Origin: Nitrospinales bacterium
GTDB lineage: Bacteria; Nitrospinota; Nitrospinia; Nitrospinales; JAJDAT01
Reading direction: 5' to 3'
Assembly: GCA_046757665.1 (NCBI GenBank)
Contig: JBHHYO010000010.1
Span: 1 to 59,056, forward strand
Length of the DNA: 59,056 bases
Made by a program: the position numbers and the translations under genes. Of the stretch, positions 30,216-40,733 are shown piece after piece (the first letter of the stretch is position 1; each line of letters begins with the position of its first letter). The notes beneath the pieces are model-generated. The model was not told the DNA's origin. It worked only from the letters and a program-made list of their open reading frames with translations, and searched no databases.

Positions 30216-31625
30216 TTATTTGGCAAATTGGCGAAGGTAATGGATCAATTGCCAAACTTGCTGGTCCTTCAGTTTCTTGTAAGCGGGCATCTGCGTGCCC
30301 GCCGATCCGTTTTTGATAATCCAGAAAAGCTGACCGTCCGTTAAGTTTTTCATCATTGGGGAACAAGTAAAGTTCCTGGGCTTGGGGCTCATACTTTGTG
30401 TTGCCATGGGGCCGCCTCCATCGCCGTCCATGCCGTGGCATTGCTTGCAGGCCCGGGGTTTGGCTTTTCTCTGGTAAAGTATTCTTCCCGCCTTGATGTT
30501 TGCGGCAGAGGGTTCAAGCGGATTGCTTTTGTCATGAATATCCGCCGGCGCCTTTTGAGTTTTTCGTGGCTGGGGACATTGGGTCAGGGGCGCGGTTGCT
30601 TCAGCGGAGGTTTTTCCACCCGTGAAGGTCGCCTTTAAATAGGCAATGACGTCGGCGAGATCCTGGGGCGGCAAGGTGAGACCCCAATCCGGCATGAGCG
30701 CCGACTTGCCCACGCTTTTTCCACCATAGAAAACCACGTTGTAAAGATATTCCTCCTGCATTTTGTTCAGGGCCATTTGAGCATGGACGGCGGGTTTGGG
30801 GTTCAGGCCGGACGCTCCGGGCCCGTCTCCTTCGCCTTTAAAACCGTGACATTGGGCACAATAGTTTTTATAAACCCCGGCGCCGCGTTTGGGGTCGGCG
30901 TTTTTGTAATAAGTGGTTTTCCAGGGCTCGAAAAATTTGTAATCCGCCACCCCCAGGGTCATCAGGTACCCGACCAAATACCGGACTCCCAACGCGCTCA
31001 GGTCGGCTAGGTATTCTCCGCTGTGGGGGGTGAAATCCTGCGGGTTCAAGGCGAACCGGTACAACCAATCCGGATTGTACCTGTTGCCCGCGTCGTACAA
31101 GTTGGTGCTGATGGGTCCCCCCGTTTTGTGCTTGTCCTCCTTGATTTGATGGCAGGCAATACAGGAAAACTCCTTGAAGATTTCCGCGCCGAACCCAGCT
31201 TCCCGTTCGGTGAATTCGGAAAGATCGATTGCATTCTTTTTAACCCGGGGGTCCTTCAGATTTTTTTCAAAATAATCCGCAACCGCAATCGCCTCTTTTT
31301 TGGGCATTGTTGCGTGCTGGATGGGGATTTGAGACTTGTCCCAGCGATATCCCTTGGGGTAAATGTTTTCCTCCTTCCCCTGAAGCCATCCCAGGAGCCA
31401 TTTGCGCTGGTATTTACTGCCCGCCCAAATCAAATCCGGGGCTTCCAGGGTAAACTTTGATTTGGGTTTTCCTTCAAACCTGTGACAAGGCGCGCAGTAG
31501 GGGATAATTTCCTCTGCCGGCATCCCCTCGTTCGCCGAAAGGTCGGTGGCGGTGACAAGAAGCAATACGGCGCTTAAAAGGAAGATCAAGTCTTTTGAAT
31601 GGCATTTTTCGGACGGCATTAACAT
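30216..31625 (-). CDS. Periplasmic tetraheme cytochrome c
   Basis: Signal peptide; CAPCH, CIACH, CAQCH, CKQCH; MP distal-ligand motifs in the last two domains. Confidence 0.9.
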   Translation of the reverse strand: MLMPSEKCHSKDLIFLLSAVLLLVTATDLSANEGMPAEEIIPYCAPCHRFEGKPKSKFTLEAPDLIWAGSKYQRKWLLGWLQGKEENIYPKGYRWDKSQIPIQHATMPKKEAIAVADYFEKNLKDPRVKKNAIDLSEFTEREAGFGAEIFKEFSCIACHQIKEDKHKTGGPISTNLYDAGNRYNPDWLYRFALNPQDFTPHSGEYLADLSALGVRYLVGYLMTLGVADYKFFEPWKTTYYKNADPKRGAGVYKNYCAQCHGFKGEGDGPGASGLNPKPAVHAQMALNKMQEEYLYNVVFYGGKSVGKSALMPDWGLTLPPQDLADVIAYLKATFTGGKTSAEATAPLTQCPQPRKTQKAPADIHDKSNPLEPSAANIKAGRILYQRKAKPRACKQCHGMDGDGGGPMATQSMSPKPRNFTCSPMMKNLTDGQLFWIIKNGSAGTQMPAYKKLKDQQVWQLIHYLRQFAK

Positions 31626-31884
31626 CCTGACGGGAAGTTGTGACCTGAGACCGATTTTTCGATTGTATCCGGTTCGGATTTTGCCATTTTTGCGTTATTC
31701 AGTCAACCAGCCAACCATTTCCAAAAGGAGTTTTCAATAAGCTGTCTTGTCAAATCGATTACCCTTGTCGAGCCGGGCAGTTTTAGGGTGACTTTTTATT
31801 TTAATCGGGATAGAATTCCATCAAGCGTAAAACACTCACCTCATTCGATGGGTAGCGGGAGGTAGAAGGGGCGGGGATAAAACT

Positions 31885-32295
31885 ATGGATGAGCCCAAAA
31901 ACGAACCGATTCCCCTGAATCAACGGCAAGACTTCAAGGTCTGCCTGAATTGCGGTTTTCCCAACCGCCATTCCGATTCACACTGCATGTATTGCAACAC
32001 CAGCTTGAAGGAGGACAGCGGTCTGTTCTCCTGGCTTCGGCAGACGTACTATGTTCTGCGGTGGCGGTGGGACCTCAAGCAAAAACGCGAGGACTTTCCC
32101 AAAGGCGACGGCCGGGCAACGGCGTTTTCCCTCAAAACGCTATGGTTCTTTTTCCTCGGGTCCGTGCTGAGCGGTGTCGGCATTTACTTGTTCGCCTATT
32201 CCATCGAGAGAAGTTCCTTTTCCAGCTGTGTCATCGCCATTCTTTTTCTGCTTTACGGTTTTTACACGCTCAGGACTTTGTTCGTCCGCAGGTAG
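31885..32295 (+). CDS. Zinc-ribbon membrane protein
   Basis: CLNCG...CMYC followed by two TM helices. Confidence 0.7.
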   Translation: MDEPKNEPIPLNQRQDFKVCLNCGFPNRHSDSHCMYCNTSLKEDSGLFSWLRQTYYVLRWRWDLKQKREDFPKGDGRATAFSLKTLWFFFLGSVLSGVGIYLFAYSIERSSFSSCVIAILFLLYGFYTLRTLFVRR

Positions 32296-32309
32296 GCGCT
32301 GTTGCCGTT

Positions 32310-33119
32310 TCAGTCGAGTTCGACGATGATTCTCAACGGCCCGCCGCTTCCCTTGCCGATTTTCATGGGCAGGGCGATGACCCGAAAACCGAGCGCCGGG
32401 AGCAGGTTCAACTGATGGAGATTCTCAAATCCCGGAACGTTGGCCTGACCGAAAACCCGGTGGGCGGGAAAATCTTTTGACTGTCCGTAATCCAGGCTGG
32501 CCGTGTCCAGGCCGACGGAGCCGACGTTTCTTTTTTGCGTCAAAAACAGCGCCGCCTCCTTGCCGAATCCTGGGAAATGCAGGTTGGCGGTATCGCCGCG
32601 TTCGGCGGTGCCCAGATATTTTTTCTTGTCTCTCCAGAACTTTTCCCATCCGGTGTGTACCAGGACAATTGCCCCGGCGGGGATGCGTCCATACTGCTCT
32701 TCCCAGTCCAGAAAATCCCGTTCGGTGATCAAGTAGTCCGGATCGGTTTTTACCTTGGCGCTGACATCGACCTTGACCCCGGCACCGATCAATCGGCTCA
32801 GGGGAATTTGATCGACGCTCCATTTTCCCCTGGCGAAGTGCGCCGGGGCGTCGATATGCGTTCCGCCATGCTCGGAGGCGCCGTAGTTGTTGGATTCATA
32901 CCAGAAGCCCTGTTTTGTCAATCCCTTATGAACCACCTCCAGTTGAAAGGGTTTGCCGGTGGGCCAGTAAATGGTAGTTTGGTCGAAGGGGTGGGTCAGG
33001 TCGATCCAGCGGGTTTCCGCACAAGTTTTTATAACGCCGGTGTATAATAAAATCGGTGGAATCAGAAGCAACGTGGGCAAAAAGTATGAACACCTCGTTT
33101 TGCTCATGAATGATTTCAT
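32310..33119 (-). CDS. Cyclase family (kynurenine formamidase-like) metallohydrolase, probably exported
   Basis: DLTHP, EHGGTHIDAPAHF, GLDTASLD, ENL, GSGGPLR; AAGGAG RBS before the ATG at 33119. Confidence 0.88.
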   Translation of the reverse strand: MKSFMSKTRCSYFLPTLLLIPPILLYTGVIKTCAETRWIDLTHPFDQTTIYWPTGKPFQLEVVHKGLTKQGFWYESNNYGASEHGGTHIDAPAHFARGKWSVDQIPLSRLIGAGVKVDVSAKVKTDPDYLITERDFLDWEEQYGRIPAGAIVLVHTGWEKFWRDKKKYLGTAERGDTANLHFPGFGKEAALFLTQKRNVGSVGLDTASLDYGQSKDFPAHRVFGQANVPGFENLHQLNLLPALGFRVIALPMKIGKGSGGPLRIIVELD

Positions 33120-33163
33120 GGTTTTGTAGCTCCTTTTCGGCTGTGCCGCTTTCTGATTAGAAG

Positions 33164-33310
33164 GAGACCTTTGCATAATCCGAGATTCTTCGCCGCCCCG
33201 GTGTCATCGCGAGCCGCGACCCGCGGCGTGGCGATCCAGCCTTCTGGATTGCTTCGTCGGTTTCGCTCCTCGCAATGACAATCAAACAAGTATACTTATG
33301 CAAAGATCTC
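33164..33310 (+). mobile_element. MITE-like palindromic repeat, copy C (short form)
   Basis: Ends GAGACCTTTGCATAA ... TTATGCAAAGATCTC. Confidence 0.87.
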
Positions 33311-33371
33311 GATTAGCAAAAGGGAAGCGGGTCGTCCGATCCAGTCTAACACGTCTTTGGGAGAATCAAAC

Positions 33372-35831
33372 GTGCCGCAAACCTTGATGGATCGCCAGGT
33401 CACTTTTTCGGTGAAGGGTATGAGTTGCGCCAGTTGCGCGGCCAAAATCGAGAAGAAAGTGGGCGGCCTGCGCGGCGTGCGGCAGGCCCAGGTCAATTTC
33501 GGTTCGGAATCGGCGACCGTTCAATACGATCCGGATTTGGTTTCGCTTACGGATGTGACGGCAACCGTCGAGGAACTGGGATACGAAGCGCCCCGGGACA
33601 AGATTACCTTTTCCGTTGAGGGGATGACATGCGCTTCCTGTGTTTCCCGCGTCGAGAAACAGTTGCAAAAACTGGAAGGCGTCATTCAGGCGGAGGTCAA
33701 CCTGGCCACGGAAAAAGCCACCGTGGAGTATCTCGCGGCGCAGACGGATTTGGCCGCCTTTCGCGAGGCGCTGGATGAAATCGGTTACACGGTGCCTCAG
33801 GAAGCCGCTGTCGATACTGCGTCCACGGATCGTGCTGAGGAGCGGCAGGACCGGGAAATCCGGGAATTGAAATACAAGTTGATCTTCAGCTCCATCGCCG
33901 TAGCTTTAATTATGGCGGGGCAGTTGCAAGGCAGTCTGCCCGTTCTGGGATCGCTTTTGCTGGCGACGCCGGTGCAGTTCTGGGCCGGATGGCAGTTTTA
34001 CCGCGGGACGTGGAAGGGGCTCCGGCACGGCGCCGTGGATATGAATACCCTGGTTGCGTTCGGAACGTCGGCGGCGTATTTCTACAGCGCGTACGCGGCG
34101 TTTTTCCCGGCTTCCGCCGCGTCGGCGGGCGGGGAGATCGGCATCTATTTCGACACGTCCGCCATCATCATTACCCTGGTGTTGCTGGGAAGGTTCCTCG
34201 AGGCCCGCGCCAAGGGCGGGGTCACCGAAGCCATTAAAAAACTTGTTGGACTACAACCCAAAACCGCCCGCGTGGAGCGGCAGGGCAAGGAAATCGAAAT
34301 CCCGATCGCCCAGGTCCGCAAGGGGGATACCATTTGTGTGCGCCCCGGAGAAAAAATTCCCGTTGACGGCATTCTCCTGGAAGGCGCTTCCACGGTGGAC
34401 GAGTCGATGATCACCGGCGAGAGCATCCCGGTGCAGAGAAAAAAAGGCGACGAGGTCGTCGGCGCCTCCATCAACAAGACCGGGTTTTTCAAAATGCGCG
34501 CCGAACGCCTGGGCCGGGAATCGGTTCTGGGACAGATCATCAAACTGGTCGAGGAGGCGCAGGGTTCGAAGGCCCCGGTGCAAAGGCTGGCCGACCGGAT
34601 TGCCGGGATTTTTGTGCTTGTGGTCATGGGGTGCGCCACGCTGGCTTTCGCGTTTTGGTGGCTGTGGGGCGGGAGCATCGTGACGTTGCCCTCATCCAAC
34701 TTCCAGTTTGCATTGATGGTCTTCATCGCGGTACTGATCATCGCCTGCCCGTGCGCCCTCGGTTTGGCCACGCCAACCGCCATCATGGTGGGCACCGGAA
34801 AGGGGGCGGAATTCGGCATCCTCATCAAGGGCGGCGAAACCCTGGAAATGGCCCAAAAACTCGATACCATCGTGTTCGACAAAACGGGCACCCTGACCCT
34901 GGGACAACCCAAGGTGCTGGATGTGATCACCAATCCCAATGCCGATGTTTCCGCGGACACCCTGTTGTCCCTGGCGGCATCCATCGAAAAAGGTTCCGAG
35001 CATCCGCTGGGCCAGGCCATTGTCGAAGAGGCTAAATCGAGGAGCCTGAAACTCACGGAAATTTCCGATTTCGAGGCCCTGCCGGGGTACGGACTGCAAG
35101 CCGTCGTCGAAGGCCGTTTGATGGGCATCGGCAATTTAAAACTGCTGGAGCGGCAGGGAGTCGATGTCTCCGCCTTGAAGGAACGGGTGGCGGAAATCGC
35201 CGCGCAGGGAAAAACGCCCATGATCCTTTTCAGGGAAAAAACCGCTCTCGGCGTCATCGGCGCGGCGGATTCCCTTAAACCCCATGCCGCCGAGGCGGTG
35301 AGCAAACTGCAAGAGCTGGGGCTCAGGGTGATGATGGTTACCGGCGACAATGAATCCACCGCCAGGGCCATTGCCGGCGAATTGAAGATTGACGAGGTCC
35401 GGCATGACGTGTTGCCCGGAGGCAAGGCCGACATCGTCAAGCAATTGATGGCGGATGGCCGGTTTGTGGCCATGGTCGGAGATGGGATCAACGACGCGCC
35501 CGCCCTGGCTCATGCCCATATCGGCGTTGCGCTCGGCACCGGAACCGATGTCGCCATGGAGGCGTCCGACATCACCTTGATGCGGGACGACCTGAACGCG
35601 GTGGTGGACGCCATCAAGTTAAGCAAGGCGACCATGCGGACAATCAAGCAGAACCTGTTTTGGGCCTTCTTTTACAATTTCCTCGGTATTCCCATTGCCG
35701 CCGGAGTGTTCTACCCGTTTTTCGGGCTTTTGCTCAAACCCGTTTTCGCCGCGGCGGCGATGTCTTTCAGCTCGGTCTCCGTGGTCAGCAATTCGCTTTT
35801 GCTGAAACGGTTTCAGCCTACCCGCGGCTGA
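33372..35831 (+). CDS. copA: Cu(I)-translocating P1B-type ATPase
   Basis: Two GMxCASC HMA domains, TGES, CPC, DKTGT, SEHPL, GDGIND, YN and MSFSS TM ligands; GTG start after GGAGA. Confidence 0.93.
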   Translation: MPQTLMDRQVTFSVKGMSCASCAAKIEKKVGGLRGVRQAQVNFGSESATVQYDPDLVSLTDVTATVEELGYEAPRDKITFSVEGMTCASCVSRVEKQLQKLEGVIQAEVNLATEKATVEYLAAQTDLAAFREALDEIGYTVPQEAAVDTASTDRAEERQDREIRELKYKLIFSSIAVALIMAGQLQGSLPVLGSLLLATPVQFWAGWQFYRGTWKGLRHGAVDMNTLVAFGTSAAYFYSAYAAFFPASAASAGGEIGIYFDTSAIIITLVLLGRFLEARAKGGVTEAIKKLVGLQPKTARVERQGKEIEIPIAQVRKGDTICVRPGEKIPVDGILLEGASTVDESMITGESIPVQRKKGDEVVGASINKTGFFKMRAERLGRESVLGQIIKLVEEAQGSKAPVQRLADRIAGIFVLVVMGCATLAFAFWWLWGGSIVTLPSSNFQFALMVFIAVLIIACPCALGLATPTAIMVGTGKGAEFGILIKGGETLEMAQKLDTIVFDKTGTLTLGQPKVLDVITNPNADVSADTLLSLAASIEKGSEHPLGQAIVEEAKSRSLKLTEISDFEALPGYGLQAVVEGRLMGIGNLKLLERQGVDVSALKERVAEIAAQGKTPMILFREKTALGVIGAADSLKPHAAEAVSKLQELGLRVMMVTGDNESTARAIAGELKIDEVRHDVLPGGKADIVKQLMADGRFVAMVGDGINDAPALAHAHIGVALGTGTDVAMEASDITLMRDDLNAVVDAIKLSKATMRTIKQNLFWAFFYNFLGIPIAAGVFYPFFGLLLKPVFAAAAMSFSSVSVVSNSLLLKRFQPTRG

Positions 35832-35843
35832 ACAACGTCCGAC

Positions 35844-37142
35844 TCATTGGAATTTGTTGAAGACCAGCCCCGACAACAGTTTGGGATAAAAGTAAGTCGC
35901 CTTTTGCGGCAGGCGGATACCCTTTTCCGCCAGAGCCCGCACTTGCTCCGCCTTTGTAGGATTCATGAAAAAGGCGGCGTTAAATTTTCCGCCGTCCACT
36001 TCCTGCATTGCCAAATCAATATTGATGGTGTAAGACATGCGGGATTGATTTTCCGGTTTGCGCGTGTCCACTCCCAGGATAGGCTTGATGATCAGGGAGT
36101 GGAGTTGAATTACATCCAGGACTTGCAACTCGGCAGGTTCGTCGGGATTCAGGTAAGGCAAAACCGTCTCGGCGCTTTTGAGTTTGATCAGCACATTCCT
36201 TCCCCCACCCAAATAAACGACAAACACGATCCGGTTTTTCCCGGATTCGGTCAAAACCGACCGGATCGCCTCGGCGGAGGAATTGGCGGGCAGGTCTTCC
36301 ATCTCAAAAAACTCCTTCAAGCGCGATAGAAAAGTATCGGCTTCGAACGGAACGGCGCTCTGCACCAGGCGATGGATGGGGAAGATGGAAAGCGCGCCGG
36401 AGTTCAGGTTCGTTAGAAACATCATGACGTGCGCCGAATCGCTGTCCGGATTTTCCTGCGCCTTGTGGTAGGCCAGGGCCGTTTCATAACGGTGATGGCC
36501 GTCGGCGATATAGACTTTTTTCTCCGCGAATTGACTGGAGAGAAATGAGATGGTCTCATCGTCCTCAATCCGCCAGAGCTTGTGTGTTACGCCGTCTTCC
36601 TCGATAATACCCAGCGGTTGGCCCCGGGTGGCTTGCTCCAGTTTTACGTCGATACGTTTTTCCGGATCGGAAAACAGGCCGAATACCGGACTGAAGTTCG
36701 CCCGGCAGGCTTGCAGGAGTTGGGAACGGTCTTTCTTCGCCTTGGCGAGGGTGAATTCGTGCGGACAAATATTCCCGGCGCTGAAGTCTTCGAGCTTGAT
36801 GCGGGCGAAAAAGCCCATGCGGCTCCGGAGTTCGCCGTCGTCCGCCCGGTAATCCTGGCTGTAAGCATAATAACAGGGACGGCGGTCCGGCGCCAGAACG
36901 CCCTCTTGCCCGCTCCAGGCCTGGAAGTCCCGGGCGGCGCGGGTGTAACGGTTATCGTTGGCGTCGTCTTCCGGAAACTCCTTGCCCAGGATCAGGCGCA
37001 CCACGTTGTAGGGGCTCCTCTGGTACAGCTCCTCCTGCATGTGAGGTTTGATGACGTCGTAAGGCGGAGCGACAACCTTCGATAAAGGCCCTGTTTTGTC
37101 CTGATTGTACAATAAGCCCGCAAACGGGATAATCTCAACCAC
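35844..37142 (-). CDS. DUF1015 family protein
   Basis: APPYDVI, PHEFT, YIADGHHRYETA, PQKATYFYPKLLSG. Confidence 0.9.
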   Translation of the reverse strand: MVEIIPFAGLLYNQDKTGPLSKVVAPPYDVIKPHMQEELYQRSPYNVVRLILGKEFPEDDANDNRYTRAARDFQAWSGQEGVLAPDRRPCYYAYSQDYRADDGELRSRMGFFARIKLEDFSAGNICPHEFTLAKAKKDRSQLLQACRANFSPVFGLFSDPEKRIDVKLEQATRGQPLGIIEEDGVTHKLWRIEDDETISFLSSQFAEKKVYIADGHHRYETALAYHKAQENPDSDSAHVMMFLTNLNSGALSIFPIHRLVQSAVPFEADTFLSRLKEFFEMEDLPANSSAEAIRSVLTESGKNRIVFVVYLGGGRNVLIKLKSAETVLPYLNPDEPAELQVLDVIQLHSLIIKPILGVDTRKPENQSRMSYTINIDLAMQEVDGGKFNAAFFMNPTKAEQVRALAEKGIRLPQKATYFYPKLLSGLVFNKFQ

Positions 37143-37361
37143 TGCATTAACTCCGGTTTCAGGTGAAAGGAATGGCGCGTGACGCCGCCGGGAAAGACCA
37201 AACGAGGATCATCTATAGCAAAATATCAAAAGCGGATCGTTGTGTGGTAAGTTTCGGGCAACGGTTGCCGTTGGAAACATGCGATTGACAAACAGTTGCC
37301 AAAAGCATCAAAAAATCCGGCGATGTTGCCGGGTTCCATGATAACGCAAAATCGGTGAGTC

Positions 37362-39578
37362 ATGCGAATTTATCTTTTGCAGGCGATGGTTTTTCTGGCT
37401 TCTTTTCTTCTGTTCCAGATAGAACTTATCCTCGGCAAGCTGATTCTGCCGGGGTTCGGCGGGGGGTACCTGGTCTGGGGAATCTCCATGGTGTTTTATC
37501 AAGGCGTGTTGTTGCTGGGGTACCTGCACCTGCACATGCTGAACCGGTATTTCCGCTTCGCGCAATGGATCAAATGGCAAACCGTTCTCATTCTCGGTTC
37601 TCTGCTTGTCCTGCCGTTAAGTGTGGAGCGGTTGCAGAATCCGTCTTATCAGCTTCCTCTTGTTGTTGAAATTATCCGACTGCTCGCGGTTGTGGTCGGA
37701 CTTCTTTTTTTCATTCTGGCGGGGCTGTCGATTTGCGCGCAACTTGTTCTGGCGTCTTCCGATCTTCCGGAAAAGAAAAATCCTTACATCTTGTATGCCG
37801 GCTCCAACCTGGGAGCTTTTGCGTCTTTATTACTGTATCCCTTCGTCTTTGAGCCCAACTTTGATTTATCCGTCCAGCTTTGGCAATGGGAGGTGGGATA
37901 TATCGTTTTGGCGGTTCTTTTTTTGGTGGTTCTATGGGTCGTTCCGCGTGCGGAAGGCGAGGAGGGGAGAAAGGAAAAAATAATTTGGCCGGAAGGCCGG
38001 CGGGTCGGGCAGTGGTTGCTTTTAAGCGCGGCCCCCTCGGCCATGTTTCTTTCGACGACCAACGCCATCACGTTTGACATTGCCCCCGTGCCGCTTTTGT
38101 GGATTCTTCCTCTGGCGATTTATCTGCTGACTCTGGTTTTGAGTTTCAAGAGCCGGCCGTTCTGCCCGCCGTGGATACAGAAACGTTTTTACCTGGCCGT
38201 TTATGCCGGTATTTTTTTGTTTCTTTTTAAAGCGACGTCCTTTTCCCTGTCCGCGGATGTCGAATTCGCTCTTTCAAGTCTAAAGATTTCCCATCATTTT
38301 TTCGTCATCCTGCTGGTTGTCCTGCTGGAACCGCTTTTACTGCTGACCATTTGTTTTGTTGTTTGCCTGGTTTGCCATTACCAACTGAGTCAAGTCAAAC
38401 CCGCCGGGAGCGGCGGATTGACGGCGTTTTATATAACTCTTGCCTTGGGCGGGTTCCTTGGCGGAGTGCTGGTGAACTGGATTGTGCCCGTGGTTTTCAA
38501 CGTGATGATTGAAACCCTGATTTCCTTTTTCCTGGGCGCCTATGCGTTCAGCCTGTTGCACCGGGATAAAGTCGCGGAACCCGCAAAATTCCTGCGGCTG
38601 CTGGCCGCCATCGTCGCGCTGGTGATTCTCTGGCTCAATGTCACGACCCATGCCGGGGAAGCTCTTGGGCGGATGGTATCGGTTATCCTGGCATTGGTTC
38701 TGTTGAGCCTGTTTTATTTGCTGAAGGAGCATCATCGGCAAATTTCCTGGGTTCTTTTTGTATTGATCGTTCTGAGTCCGTTTCTCGGTTATTTGAACCT
38801 TGACCGCAAAATCGTATTTCAGGGACGGGATTACTACGGCATTTTTAAAGTTTACGATGAAGGCGGATTTCGGCGTTTGCATCACGGCACCACCCTGCAT
38901 GGAGCCCGGTTCCTGGATGCTTCGAGAAGGGGTGAGGCCCTGACTTATTATGAAAAGGAAACGCCCATTGGAGAATTTTTGTTGAAAAATCCCTTAAATT
39001 ATTCCCGTATTGGCCTGATCGGCCTGGGGGTCGGGTCGCTTGCCGTTTATGCCCGTCCGGGCGATCAGTATGATTTTTTCGAACTCGATCCTCTGGTCGG
39101 GGAAATTGCCAAACGATATTTTGGTTTTCTTGAAGAGAGCCGGGGCAAAATCCGGGTGGTGTATGGGGATGGGCGGATTTCCCTGAGAAAAGAGCCGTCG
39201 CGGAAATACGACGCGCTGATCGTGGATGTGTTCAACGGCGGTTCGATTCCCGTTCACCTTCTCACCGTCGAAGCGGTCAGGGAGTATCGCCGGGTTTTGA
39301 AGCCGAACGGCATTCTTTTCTTTCATGTCTCCAACCACTATTTGGACCTGGTGCCGGTATTGTATGCCGTGGCCGGAAAGCTTGAGCTTCATGGCCTCAT
39401 CAAGTCGAAGCTGGGGAAAAACCCTCCCGAACGGGAAGCCTCGATCTGGTTTGCGATGACGGCCGACGCACGGGTGTCCTCCTTACTGCAATCTTCCCTG
39501 GCGTGGCGTCATGTGCAAGTCAAGGCGACCCGGCCCTGGACCGACCGCTATTCCAGCCTTGTTTCGGCGATGTACTGA
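37362..39578 (+). CDS. Polytopic membrane protein fused to a spermidine-synthase-like SAM-binding domain
   Basis: Many TM helices, NPY.LYA.SNLG, HGTTLHG, IGLGVG, GDGR, HLLTVEA, WTD.YS. Confidence 0.85.
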   Translation: MRIYLLQAMVFLASFLLFQIELILGKLILPGFGGGYLVWGISMVFYQGVLLLGYLHLHMLNRYFRFAQWIKWQTVLILGSLLVLPLSVERLQNPSYQLPLVVEIIRLLAVVVGLLFFILAGLSICAQLVLASSDLPEKKNPYILYAGSNLGAFASLLLYPFVFEPNFDLSVQLWQWEVGYIVLAVLFLVVLWVVPRAEGEEGRKEKIIWPEGRRVGQWLLLSAAPSAMFLSTTNAITFDIAPVPLLWILPLAIYLLTLVLSFKSRPFCPPWIQKRFYLAVYAGIFLFLFKATSFSLSADVEFALSSLKISHHFFVILLVVLLEPLLLLTICFVVCLVCHYQLSQVKPAGSGGLTAFYITLALGGFLGGVLVNWIVPVVFNVMIETLISFFLGAYAFSLLHRDKVAEPAKFLRLLAAIVALVILWLNVTTHAGEALGRMVSVILALVLLSLFYLLKEHHRQISWVLFVLIVLSPFLGYLNLDRKIVFQGRDYYGIFKVYDEGGFRRLHHGTTLHGARFLDASRRGEALTYYEKETPIGEFLLKNPLNYSRIGLIGLGVGSLAVYARPGDQYDFFELDPLVGEIAKRYFGFLEESRGKIRVVYGDGRISLRKEPSRKYDALIVDVFNGGSIPVHLLTVEAVREYRRVLKPNGILFFHVSNHYLDLVPVLYAVAGKLELHGLIKSKLGKNPPEREASIWFAMTADARVSSLLQSSLAWRHVQVKATRPWTDRYSSLVSAMY

Positions 39579-39597
39579 TTTGTCCCGGGCGCGCCGG

Positions 39598-40047
39598 TCA
39601 AATCGCCTCGCAATGGCAGAGTTCGCGGATGTAGCGGACGAGGGAGTGGATCATATCATCATCCAGAGTGTGCCCCCAGGCGGGCATACAGGGGGCGCGT
39701 CCCATGGCCAGCCCGCCGAACTTGATCGTCTCGAACAGTTCCCGGTCGCTCCGGGTTTCCAGGTAATCGGCCTTGGTATGGTTGCGGGGCGGCACGGTGA
39801 CCCATGGGGCGTTGATGCCGTCTCCCTTGCCTTTCACGCCGTGGCATTGGGTGCAATACCATTGGTAGGTTTCCCGGGTTTTGGCGGAAACGGGAGCGGC
39901 GGCGGGCGGCGACGGCGTTTCCACCCGGCTTCGCGGCGGCGGCGCGGTTTCAGTTGGCGGCGATTCCCCGCAGGCGACCAGAAACAGGGCGAGACACAGG
40001 CCCGCGAAACTTTTTGCCGATGGGTTGCGGCGCCGGATATTCGTCAT
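39598..40047 (-). CDS. Monoheme cytochrome c lipoprotein
   Basis: Lipobox LVAC, Pro-rich linker, CTQCH, MPAW; ATG at 40047 overlaps the upstream stop (ATGA). Confidence 0.88.
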   Translation of the reverse strand: MTNIRRRNPSAKSFAGLCLALFLVACGESPPTETAPPPRSRVETPSPPAAAPVSAKTRETYQWYCTQCHGVKGKGDGINAPWVTVPPRNHTKADYLETRSDRELFETIKFGGLAMGRAPCMPAWGHTLDDDMIHSLVRYIRELCHCEAI

Positions 40048-40733
40048 TTCAGATTTTCCTTTTTCAGCGTCATGAGGTATTGGGTGATCAGCCGCAAGTC
40101 CTCTTCCCGTCCCTCGAAACCGAATACCGGCATACGTCCTTTGGGAAGGAATTGTTTGGGATTCCGTAGCCAGCGATAAACCCAGTCGGCCTGCAAACGG
40201 TTGCCGGCGTCCACGAGCGAGGGGCCGGAAACACCGCCGCGCGGTTTCCGGGCAAGGTCGATGGCCTTGTGGCAGGACGTGCAACCGTAGTTGCGTTCAA
40301 AGATAATTTTGGCTCTTGCGCGCTCTCCTTTCGAGAGGGGTTTCTTGTCCATCCCCACGGCGGCCGGTGTCGGTATTTTTAACGACAGCAAATAATTCGC
40401 CATAACCTCGGCTTCCTCCCCGGACAGGGCGGGATGAGGCTGGGCGACGGTCGGCTTGCCCAAAAGAAAACCCGGGTCCGTAATGTATCCCGCCTGGCGG
40501 ATAACCACGGGATGCTTCAAATACTCCCGTAGCCAGGCGGACTGAAACTTGTTGCCCGCGAAAAAAAGTCGGGGCGCTTTCCCTGGTGCGTTGCTCTCGT
40601 CCGGCGAAAACTGGTGGCAGGTATCGCAACCTTTTTCTTTCACCATCGGCGGCGGAGCAGTCTGGGCAAGGCTGTAACCCGGTGACGGTATTATCGAAAC
40701 GGCAAGCAACAGGATAAAAAACCAGTTTCTCAT
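40044..40733 (-). CDS. Periplasmic diheme cytochrome c
   Basis: Signal peptide, CDTCH, CTSCH, GPSL, RMP. Confidence 0.9.
   Translation of the reverse strand: MRNWFFILLLAVSIIPSPGYSLAQTAPPPMVKEKGCDTCHQFSPDESNAPGKAPRLFFAGNKFQSAWLREYLKHPVVIRQAGYITDPGFLLGKPTVAQPHPALSGEEAEVMANYLLSLKIPTPAAVGMDKKPLSKGERARAKIIFERNYGCTSCHKAIDLARKPRGGVSGPSLVDAGNRLQADWVYRWLRNPKQFLPKGRMPVFGFEGREEDLRLITQYLMTLKKENLK

Noticed and set aside
40048-40284. N-terminal extension of the listed 228-aa cytochrome ORF
   Set aside because: Overlaps the diheme gene out of frame; the ATGA-coupled start at 40047 gives a proper lipoprotein signal
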